This document shows positions 32,290 to 42,017 of a stretch of 64,000 nt of DNA, one piece after another; position 1 is the first letter of the stretch, and every line of letters begins with the position of its first letter. This DNA comes from Nematocida ausubeli (Eukaryota). The position numbers were made by a program, and so were the translations under genes. The notes beneath the pieces are model-generated. The model was not told where the DNA came from, searched no databases, and saw only the letters and a list, made by a program, of their open reading frames with translations. The stretch lies in contig NW_026515635.1 in the NCBI RefSeq assembly GCF_000738915.1, positions 1 through 64,000 on the forward strand. The letters run 5' to 3'.

Positions 32290-33042
32290 TTATGCCTCTG
32301 GTGGTAATACTATCTTTTCTATGCGTATTCCTGTGCTACTGCATACTACCCCGTATTTATGTCTGTCATGTGTCTCTGTTTTTATGCACTGCAAGACACC
32401 GTCATATTTTAGTCCTTCAACTGGCTCACTTAGTTCTACAATATAATCAAAGTACCCGTACATTATATCCTGCAATAAATATACAGGCACAGATATAATG
32501 CACACAGAATTAGTAGAACGCACTTTCTGCCTCAGAGACAAAAAGAAATTATTTGCATCATCTTCTGTCATATCCCAGAGGGGTGACATAAATGAACTAA
32601 TTGACAGTCTTGTGTTTTTATCATTTATCTGTAAGTCTTTTATCTCTTGGATATTTGTTACTTCATTGTGCTTTGGGTGCTGTACTCGCATGTTATACAA
32701 AGTGTGGCTTGTTATGGCAGAAGTATTGCTTATCTTTGAGACAGTGCTGTATCTCCATGCAATTCTTTCCTTTGGAGAGCATGCTGTGCTTTTTGAGGGG
32801 GCTGCGTCTGCACTGGGAATAGACAGAATGGGATTATCCATGGAGAGGTGAATGACTTTGTCATTTTCCTGGAGACCATTTGAAATGAATATTCTGTGTA
32901 TGCCTATGTGATATCTCACATTTTCCTGTTGAATTAATAGTAGAATATGGCCATTTCTTATTCCTCCCCCTAATAATACGTCTAACTCTGCAATGCCTGT
33001 GCTCTTTCTCTCGCTCTCCCGGTTTATCTTCCGAATGAACAT
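32290..33042 (-). CDS. ELP4: Elongator subunit 4
   Basis: STGIAELDVLLGGG, RIAWRY, SFMSPLW and C-terminal IEKIVLPP. Confidence 0.85.
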   Translation of the reverse strand: MFIRKINRESERKSTGIAELDVLLGGGIRNGHILLLIQQENVRYHIGIHRIFISNGLQENDKVIHLSMDNPILSIPSADAAPSKSTACSPKERIAWRYSTVSKISNTSAITSHTLYNMRVQHPKHNEVTNIQEIKDLQINDKNTRLSISSFMSPLWDMTEDDANNFFLSLRQKVRSTNSVCIISVPVYLLQDIMYGYFDYIVELSEPVEGLKYDGVLQCIKTETHDRHKYGVVCSSTGIRIEKIVLPPEA

Positions 33043-33384
33043 TGAGTAAAAATATTCAGCAGAATAATAGAAGAGAGTGGGAATATTTTTAGGATATTCA
33101 ATGCATTCGGGTTATGGGCAGGAGAAGATTGCTGCTGTAATTAGTCTTAGTGTGTTGTATTTGTAACTAAATATACTCAGTCTATTCCAGTTATATCAAT
33201 ATATTCGGGTTATGTATGCAGGGCATATACGAGTATATCCAGGCATAATATGGTGCTGTGGTTTAAGTATAGAAGTACAAGGGATATTCATAGTATAATT
33301 TCAATAAAGAATATTTTAAGTCTAAGAAGCATGTATATTCGGGTTATAAGTGTAAGTTAACTTATTATGTGTATATAGAAGGAT

Positions 33385-33715
33385 ATAAGATAATATAGCC
33401 TAATATAACCAGAATATAACCCGAATATAACCAGAATAGTCATAATACACTCTAATATAAGCAGAAGTAGTCAGAATGTAATTATAATTAAGCTAAAGTG
33501 GTCTGAAATAGTCGTAATATATTCTAATATAGTCTAAAATAGTCATAATATACTCCAATATAAGCTGAAATAGACGTAATATAGTCTAATATAAGTTAAA
33601 TAAATATAATGTAATTATAATTAAGCCAAAGTGGTCTAAAATAGTCATAATATAAGCTAATATAAGTACATTATACCCCGATACAACCCGAATATAAGCT
33701 AAAATAGTCTAATAC
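33385..33715. repeat. 11-bp phased array (TAATATAGTC/AGAATATAACC)
   Basis: Units drift 1 nt per 10-nt column; aatgtaattataattaagc is duplicated. Confidence 0.8.
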
Positions 33716-33870
33716 ACTCTATAAATCATATATCATATACTTCAATCTATCATATACTTATTTGCCCTATAGGATTAAATAAATCACCCCTTTCCCTCTC
33801 TCTTCACTTTCTTCACTTTCTTCACTCTTTCCCTTTGCTGCCTAATTATGTCTAATTAATTTTTATTATT

Positions 33871-34491
33871 ATGCACATAGAATTTACACAGTACAGAGAG
33901 GCTATGCCCTCCATGGTACAGCTACCCAGACTAAATTATACATACGAAGAAGTAAGTCATATTATGATACCAGAGATGCTGGATATGCATTACACTAAGC
34001 TGCACCAAGGATACATTGACAGATACAACAAGGCACAATCAGTTATGCAAATGACACAGCTCATATACACTCCAGAGAAGGAAGAAGAGAAGGCCCTTTT
34101 ATTTAACCTAGGGGGATATTTAAACCATGCTTTATTCTGGAAGTCATTCAGTCCTGCAGAAGAAGCGCATGTTCCATCTGACAGGCTGAGCACCTTAATT
34201 GGAAACTCCTTCCCTAAGGGCCTCTGTCAGGAGATGGTGGAAATACTTCCAAAAATAAGGGGAAGTGGGTGGATATGGCTGACATATTGCAGAACCACAG
34301 AATTACTGCAATTAGAGACAACCATGAACCAGGACTTTCCAAGTACACCAATCCTGTTAAATATTGACTTATGGGAGCACTCTTACATGATGCAGTACAA
34401 GATTGACAAGGTCGAATATATTCGTGCCATGTACTCAGCACTTAATTGGAAGTATGCATCAGAGAGATTGGAAAGAATATTAAATGAATAA
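33871..34491 (+). CDS. SOD2: Mn-type superoxide dismutase
   Basis: HYTKLH, NLGGYLNHALFW, GSGWIWL, NQD and DLWEHSY metal ligands. Confidence 0.93.
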   Translation: MHIEFTQYREAMPSMVQLPRLNYTYEEVSHIMIPEMLDMHYTKLHQGYIDRYNKAQSVMQMTQLIYTPEKEEEKALLFNLGGYLNHALFWKSFSPAEEAHVPSDRLSTLIGNSFPKGLCQEMVEILPKIRGSGWIWLTYCRTTELLQLETTMNQDFPSTPILLNIDLWEHSYMMQYKIDKVEYIRAMYSALNWKYASERLERILNE

Positions 34492-34508
34492 AAAATACTT
34501 TATTTACG

Positions 34509-36032
34509 ATGGAAGTAGAATTACTGCAGGCCTGCAGAGAGGCACATTTGGATGAAAGTTCTATTCTTTTGGCAGAGCACATATTTAGGAAGGAGCAGAC
34601 ACCCCGTGCATTTCTGGGGCTTCTTACAGTTCTGGCAGAGACAAATAAGTACGAGGCCGTGAAGTGGCTGGTGCACAGAAGGAGGGAGTACTTTTTGTAC
34701 GAAGAGATACAAAGGATCTACATTGAAGTTATGAAGAGACTGGGTGAGATATCTGAGATAGATGCATTTATGATGTCAAGCAAAAGGATTGATGAGAATG
34801 AGTGCATGCAGGACACGGAGGCAGGGAGTCGTAACTGTGCGTATACAGTGGACTGCCAGAAGACAGAGGGATATTCTAGTGTAGTTGGTGCAGATTATGC
34901 AGGGCGTGGGTACAGACCAATTAGCAGGCTTTCTTTGAACAGCTACTACCAAGCACTTATACAAAAGGGAAGTGAAGAGAAGAGGAGAGAGTGCATTGAC
35001 AGGGCAATAGAATTTGATGAGAGAAATTTGGAGCCATACATATACATAGGCATGACTAAGTCGTACAGTGAGTTGGAAGGGTACATTGACAGGGTGCAAG
35101 ATGCATCTGTTAGGGAACTGTTCAGAACCCTTCTTTCCAGCAGGAAAGAGTCTTTCTCACTTTTCTCAAGATCATTTCATACACCATTTTCATGCTGCAG
35201 GATTGCGAAAAGACTCTTCAATGAGAGACAGACAAGTGAAATATTTCAGATTGCACAGTACACGGCATCTGTGTATCCATCGCACTACTTCACGTACATT
35301 ATATCTGGGATGTATTATATACTCATTGGGAAGCACGCAGATGGTAAAAGAGCCTTGTTTAAGGCCCTGCAGCTGAATAATTCGTATGGGATGGGGTGGA
35401 TTCTGTTGGGATACTGCCAGGCATTCCTGTGCGAGAGCAGTAATGCAATTGCATGCTACGAGAAGGCGGAGGTCTTGATGGAAAGCACTGGGTACATGCC
35501 CTCCCTTGGGATAGCCCTGGAGTACCATAGAATGCGAAGTTATCAAAAGGCAGAAAAGAAGTATCTTGATGTTCAGAAGAAGTACGGCATGGAGTACTGC
35601 TTCAATCCTTATGTATCCTTGCTGGTTGTGCAGGGACGATATGATGAGGCACTGCAGCTGATTGCGGATAAAACATGCTCTGGGGAAAGAGCCCTTCTTA
35701 AAAGTGCCTGTTATTTGTTCCTGGATGAAACAGAAATGGCAGAAGAGGCCTTGCAGGATGTAAATATATCATACCACAGCAAAACGCAAAGCAAGTACTA
35801 TTTGCTACTTGGCTACATACAGCACATGAAGAAGAAATATTGCGAGGCCATAGAGCTGTACCAGAAGGCTATTCTAGACCCATCTAAGCCTGCTGGTAGT
35901 TTAGTGAATGACCTGCTGGAACTTGCAATAAAGAACTCGCTGGAAGAGAATAATAAGAAGCTTGTGATGCAATACAAAGAAGATGTATTTGACTTCCTTG
36001 ATCTGAAGGCAGACCTGCCTTTAGTTCTGTGA
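34509..36032 (+). CDS. CDC16: TPR anaphase-promoting complex subunit Cdc16/APC6
   Basis: TPRs including GWILLGYCQAFLCESSNAIACYEKA...MPSLGIALEY, matching the Cdc16 pattern. Confidence 0.72.
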   Translation: MEVELLQACREAHLDESSILLAEHIFRKEQTPRAFLGLLTVLAETNKYEAVKWLVHRRREYFLYEEIQRIYIEVMKRLGEISEIDAFMMSSKRIDENECMQDTEAGSRNCAYTVDCQKTEGYSSVVGADYAGRGYRPISRLSLNSYYQALIQKGSEEKRRECIDRAIEFDERNLEPYIYIGMTKSYSELEGYIDRVQDASVRELFRTLLSSRKESFSLFSRSFHTPFSCCRIAKRLFNERQTSEIFQIAQYTASVYPSHYFTYIISGMYYILIGKHADGKRALFKALQLNNSYGMGWILLGYCQAFLCESSNAIACYEKAEVLMESTGYMPSLGIALEYHRMRSYQKAEKKYLDVQKKYGMEYCFNPYVSLLVVQGRYDEALQLIADKTCSGERALLKSACYLFLDETEMAEEALQDVNISYHSKTQSKYYLLLGYIQHMKKKYCEAIELYQKAILDPSKPAGSLVNDLLELAIKNSLEENNKKLVMQYKEDVFDFLDLKADLPLVL

Positions 36033-36069
36033 GGTGCCTGTTAATAAAGATGTTTAAGTGATCCTATTT

Positions 36070-36230
36070 CGAGTTATGTTATGTTATGTTTAACTGATAG
36101 TGTCTCTGTTATTTTTGACTGATAGTTATGTTATGTTATGCTTAGATAGTAGCTCTGTTATGTTTAGCTGATAATTCTGTTATGTTATTTTTAAGTGGTT
36201 CTATTATGCTTAGATAGTAGCTCTGATATT
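36070..36230. repeat. GTTAT microsatellite-like array
   Basis: gttatgttatg units; ttatgcttagatagtagctctg is duplicated. Confidence 0.75.
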
Positions 36231-36641
36231 TCTTACTGCATATCACACGGGAATTATTTGTGCTTGTATGCATGTGCTTGTACATAAAGTGGGCTGTCCT
36301 GCAGTAAAGTATTTTTCATTTAATTTCTTGCTTTACTTTTGTGCCTTTTTTCTGGTTATATCTGGTGCACTCCAAGTTGAAATAACTGCACTTAATTAGC
36401 ACACTCTTATAGGGATATTTAAGAGTGCACAGATGCAATGGCCTGAAATATCAAATTTAATTTTGACTCTGAGTACTTTCACTTAGGAAATTTACGGTTA
36501 TTTGCAAGGTCTTATAACATGCGGGTTTCTTGGTGGTTGCAAGATGTAAATTGAGCCATCTTGGTGGATTCTTGTGATTTGGAGTAGCCATTCAATGGAA
36601 GCACTATGCGTGCTATAAAAGAAGCAGAATGAAAAATTTGG

Positions 36642-37238
36642 ATGCAAAAAAGCCTTTTTGTCGTCATAGAAGGAATTGACCGAAGCGGAAAGTCGTCCTT
36701 AGTTGCAGCCTTGAAGACAAGTCTGGCATCGCACGGTGTTGTAGCAGATGTAATAAGCTACCCAAATAGGAAGAACATGACTGGAATGCTAATATCACAG
36801 GTTCTTGCAGGTGATAAAGAATTCACAAAAGAAGCAACGCACCTGCTCTTTTCAGCTAACCGGTGGGAGGATAAGGAGCGAATTGAAAATTTAATGCAGC
36901 CATGCGAATACACTCGGGTTATCCTGTGTGACAGATACATTCTTTCTGGTATATCATACTCCATTGCCAATGGAATTCCAAAGGAGTTTGCCATGGCATC
37001 TGACAAGGGAATGACTCTACCCGACCTGACCATATTCCTTGATGTTTCTCCAGAGACCGCATCTGCTCGTGCAGGGTTTGGTCTAGAAATATACGAGAAG
37101 AAGGAGTTTCAGCAAAAAGTATATACAGAGATGAAGTGCCTTTTGGACAAGTACAGGCACACAGTCATTCCATCTGAAACGCAGGAAGAGATGCATAGAA
37201 TTGCACTGAAGCGTATTTTAGATCTAATTGCAGAATGA
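36642..37238 (+). CDS. CDC8: Thymidylate (dTMP) kinase
   Basis: EGIDRSGKS P-loop, HLLFSANRWE, DRY, PDLTIFLD and EIYE..EFQ. Confidence 0.95.
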   Translation: MQKSLFVVIEGIDRSGKSSLVAALKTSLASHGVVADVISYPNRKNMTGMLISQVLAGDKEFTKEATHLLFSANRWEDKERIENLMQPCEYTRVILCDRYILSGISYSIANGIPKEFAMASDKGMTLPDLTIFLDVSPETASARAGFGLEIYEKKEFQQKVYTEMKCLLDKYRHTVIPSETQEEMHRIALKRILDLIAE

Positions 37239-37821
37239 TCTACTGTAGGAATATTTATGCCCTCTATGCGGGACTGCATAAACATGTGATCATGTGTGCA
37301 GTAACCTTTGAGTTAATTCAGGCTGTGCAATATGCACTGTATCGTGACTTGAAGGCTAGCCTTTATTCCTTGGGGTAAAGGATTTTGTAGCTGCTGGGCT
37401 GTCTTTAGTGCGCACTCTTTCAGGGCGTGCTCTTCGTATGAAGAATAAAGAATAATATTTGCAGGTGCAGTGCCATAAATAAAGCCAGTTTTATTACTTA
37501 AGCATTCAGGAAAGCAGCTTGCATACTAATTTGTCTGCTGAATAAACAAAATAATGCATCTTAGGCTTCTTTTATTTAAAGTGATTAGTCTTTTATTGCG
37601 AAATGCGCTTTGGAATATTTTCACTTGCTCTGTTATTTGAGTGTTCTATTATGTCTATTATTCCATTCTGTGGCCTTCTATTTATGGGGCTTAAATGGAT
37701 TTCTGTAAACAAATGGTGCTAAATCTACGATTATAACAGTCTAAATGTACTTTTGTTTATCCGGCGGATTGTCCAAATATTTAACTATAATGGAATGGAG
37801 TCTTGCCTTACTGCAGTTATA

Positions 37822-40299
37822 CTATCTTAGTCTCTTGGCTGACTTTAATATCTTGGAAATCACTCGAAACATATTGTGTGTTTCTGGAAGATTTAGCTTT
37901 ATGAAGCAATCGGATAGAGCATCAATATAGGAAAGAGCAAATCCCTGGGGCTCTATCTTTCCATCCATCAGAATTGGATTTATATTTATAAAATCACTTT
38001 TTTCAATGTCTGCATGATTTTCGGATAAAAACTTCATTAGTTGCAAGGTTCTAGCTTCATCATTGCAAATCTTTGCTGCCTTAATGTAGTTTAGGTAGAT
38101 GCAATCTAGAAACAACTTGGGCTGTCCAATTTTATTTTCTTCACTTGCAATAATGTCTTTGTTCTTTTTCTTGCTCTCTTCGTCCACACAACTATCTCTT
38201 ATGTTTTCTATTCCAAATTCAGCTGTGTTCACTCCTATTCTGATTTCTATTGGGCGGATTCTCTCTTTATCATTCAAATATATCAATAAAATACAAAATA
38301 CACTGCACTTTACTTCAACTACATCTTCTACCTTAATTATATTTCTGACTATATTTGCATGTTTAATGCTCGCATGTATAGAGCCATTTGACAGATCAGC
38401 AAACAAGCTTCTCATGTATTCTCCTATTTCTAAAATAGTATTTTCATCCTCTTTTGGGTTGTTATAAGATAATTTTATAGAAAAAATCTCTAAACGCAGC
38501 ATATCTCTTTCGTATACGCCTGCTAGTTTTGCAACTACAGCCAGGATATTTAGTAAGTGATTTTCTAAGTTGTTTCTGTTTTCCTGCGTATATGTAATTA
38601 AGTCAGCATCTATGTCTGCAACCACTTTGTTCCAGTCGTTCTCTATTTCCTGGGTTATTTCTGAGAACATATTCCTGTACTTCTGGAAGAACCATTTTAA
38701 GTCCTTTAAGGCCTTTAATAAGTGCGAGATGTCAAAGATCTGGTTGTTCGGGTTATATGCAACTAGACAGAATAAAAATAGAATAACGGTTTCTGCATAG
38801 TTCGGATTGCTTTCAAATATTATTATATCCTTATGGCGCACTGGATTTATGTATATTGCTTTGCTAATTGGTATATGTGTAAATTCTTTTCTTTTAAATT
38901 GCTGTGTGCTCTCTGCAATGCGTATCTGCTTTGTGCTTTGAAATAGTATCTTTTTGTGCTGGTTTAGGACGGGCTGCAAGGATTCGACTCCTAAAAAGTA
39001 CTTTCTAATCTCTGAATATCTTCTAAAATCCATGAAGTACTTCTTGTACACATTCTTGCATAGGATTTTCTGATTCACTTTCAGTATGGCTGAAATATAA
39101 CCCGAAACTGGTTTCCATCTTTTACCTATAAAAGAGTTCTGTATTATTTCTTTGGTACACATAACTGTTTCTATGCATCTATTTAATATTGGTGTAGCAT
39201 AGGAAAATCTCCCACTATTTTCTGTGTAGTATACATTCTGCACTACATTTTCTCTCGGTTCAGATCCATCACTGCTACTGTCTTCTAGATCAGTGTCTAT
39301 GTCCATGTGCTCCATAAGCATATCATGAACTGTTCTTATAAAATCAATCATATCTTCTGGGTCATTAAAGTATTCATAGATATATGTCTGTATGAGAAAG
39401 CCTGTTGAGTACATGAACTTTCCCTTGGAGTACTCATTAAAGTCCGTTGGTTCTGCCCACGTATTTTGCTGCTTGTAAGAGTTCCGTCTGTTCTTAATGA
39501 AAAACTCAATGACCTCAACTGCCTCATTTTCCGTTGGCCCATAAACATCAAAAACCCCTACTTCATCCCGCATAATATCCTTGTATTGAAATTCTTTGAG
39601 TTTAATTTTGAATAGAAGACTTTTGTCTTTATAACTTGCAAGGACAAGCTCCTTCTTTCCTTCTTCTGCACTCTCTATTGTGAGCAGAACGTTGATTCCT
39701 TCAGAAAGAAGAAGCAGAGATGCAAGAATCTGATTGACTTTTTCCTCTGAGCCTATTCCTTTTAGGAACATGTAGAAAGAATTGGTCTTCTCTGTTTCAA
39801 TTGATATATTTCCACTATGTGATGGAAACATCTTCAGCAAAGTCTGAAAGTAACTTTTTTTATACCCAGGGCTCCTATCCTCTTCATATATTCTTTCGTG
39901 CACAGTGTCTTTACTAAAGTCCCTTGCATTTACATCCCCATTGTAATGTATCTTTTTGTCTTTTACTTTTACTTGGATGTCTGTTCTAACTTCAGCTGAA
40001 AAAAATCATAAATTATGAATTAGCCCGATTCCTTCAGCCATGCATGCCCGTATTAAGCTAAGTGCCCCATTTGGACTGATTATTGTTCTGTCGTTCTCTT
40101 TCATATATATAACTCGTTTATGCACTGTGAGCTGATCCGACAGTAGTAGTCTACTAGATACTATAGAACACATTGCCAAAAACATCAAGCACATAGGTTT
40201 TATCGAGTTTTTGTTGTATTTTTCGCTCTTTCTTTTTCTAACGATTCTATAATGTATTTGTTTCTTTGTTTCAGTATGTTCTTCCTTCCTTTCTTGCAT
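37822..40299 (-). pseudogene. Large secreted gene family member interrupted by in-frame TGA (40006-40008) and C-terminally truncated
   Basis: ORFs 40006-40299 and 37822-39903 share one frame: ISPNGALSLIR...IHNL*FFSAEV...MFPS...ILASLLLLSEG...FLIQTYIYEY. Confidence 0.85.
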
Positions 40300-40621
40300 A
40301 AATTTATCTTAAAATAAAAGTTGTTATAGCCCGAAAGCAAAAATAAAAATGCATATAACTTAATCTAAACCCAAAGTGATCTAAAACAAAAGATTATTGC
40401 AAATGCAAAGAATTTAAGATCTTTTGCACTAAAGAATTTCTTCAATCTGCTTTTCATTCATTTTCACTTTTGGATTCTCTTAATTTTTATAAATTATTTG
40501 TCATTGTAGTAAAATTACAACTTCTTCAAAACATACATGCTTCTTATGGGCTTTAAAAATAAAACAATTTTAATGAAGAAATCTTCTCTACTTCAAAAAC
40601 AGTATTCAATTTGTTGTACAT

Positions 40622-41005
40622 GAAGCACACCAAGCCCAGTGAATCAGGTTCAAAGCGTTCTCATTCTCTTTTTTACCCCATCCTGTCCTGTGGTGAAAAT
40701 TCCTCTTGGGGAGTTCCAAGAAAGCGTCTGAGCTCTGGCTGATTGGGAAGCTTCGTCTGTCTGCGCTAGCATACACGTCCCATCCCTACCACAGAGTTCG
40801 GATGGTGACTGCACCGCACACGAGAGTTACATGTATTGCTTGCGTGTTGAAGACCGAGATCGAGTCTTTAGAGCATCTTCTGCTGAAATATCCAGCGTGA
40901 GCTGCTCAATAAGACAAAATATTACGCACGTCCACTATTGGGGACGCCATGGCCCAAGTATTAAATAGGGGTATATTGACTGATGCGCTTCTTGGGGGAA
41001 AGTTA
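40622..41005 (+). mobile_element. Decayed 3' fragment of a non-LTR retrotransposon (zf-RVT-type CCHC knuckle)
   Basis: GC-richer island reading LIGKLRL...CIAC....EIESLEHLLLKYPA*AAQ*DKIL...LLGG. Confidence 0.55.
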
Positions 41006-41014
41006 AGCCCAATT

Positions 41015-41318
41015 GACTGGGTTTTTCTTTTCAACTACTTGGTCAACCAGTAATTCATGCGCTGCGTTAAAAAAGTCCTTATAGTTCTTTGCTGTGTCAA
41101 TAAACTTGTATATACGCTTGTATAAGTAAGGCAGCGCTGTTTAGAAAACTTCCACTCTCAAACTCTTCTTTTGTGGCAGGCATTGCAAATTTGCCCCCTT
41201 TCTTTAGAAATTCTTTGTCTCTGCAGCGTATATAGAAGCTAACAATTTCAGCTGTCTTACTTTGATAAATACTGTCACTTTGCTAATTAATAGATATATA
41301 TATACTTGCTGTGTACAT
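41015..41318 (-). pseudogene. Internal fragment of a large-family paralog (closest to 49927-52713)
   Basis: MYTAS...*...FYIRCRDKEFLKKGGKFAMPATKEEFESGSFLNSAALLIQAYI / frameshift / KFIDTAKNYKDFFNAAHELLVDQ. Confidence 0.9.
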
Positions 41319-41519
41319 TAATAAATCTAAAAAACTTCTGCCCATTGCGAACAGTGGAATTAATTTCTATAGGAATCCACCATGCATTCCGCTTATATCA
41401 ACATGCTCCATCCAAGAATTACTTCAGCCTAAATATACACAAAATAGCAGTAGATTTCTATAAATTAAGTTGATTTTACTCAACTTCTTAAAGAGAGATG
41501 TTCTTAAACTTTAGTATTT

Positions 41520-41690
41520 ATTTGAGAACTCAACTCTTTAAATAGTTTGGTCTTTAATTTAATTTTGACACTTATCAAAATATACAAAAAAACCAATTCA
41601 TGTCATGTTCAATGTGAACAAACACAAATTTAATTGCTATTGTAGCCAATAACATATACGCCATTGTATGCTATGCTGTGCATACAACAA
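41520..41690 (-). promoter_or_regulatory. Promoter module A, duplicated at 52745-52920
   Basis: 27-nt identity TCTTTAAATAGTTTGGTCTTTAATTTA (41535-41561 and 52761-52787) plus colinear flanks. Confidence 0.7.
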
Positions 41691-42017
41691 TTCTCTCTCT
41701 TGAATTATTAAACTTAGTCATGCTAAACTGGATATAATTTATTTATCGTCGTCTATATAGCTTTTAGTAATAACTTCTAGTCTGTATTACGTCTATAGGC
41801 ACATATGCAATAACAGCTAATATGAGAGTGACACTCAGTGTTAACAAACTCAGATCACTAAACTCAAGATGCACAAATAAACACAGCTCGCTCTTCTGTC
41901 TTATTAGTCAACAGCTAAAAGCCCAGTGAAAATAATGGCTAGTTGTTACATTATCATCTTGAGACATGAGAAGGCATTCACATTTTTAAGACATGGACTA
42001 ATATTCTCTACTTAAGA

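Noticed and set aside
33952..33957. GTAAGT as a possible intron donor in SOD
   Set aside because: The reading frame and SOD motifs are continuous; no intron is needed.
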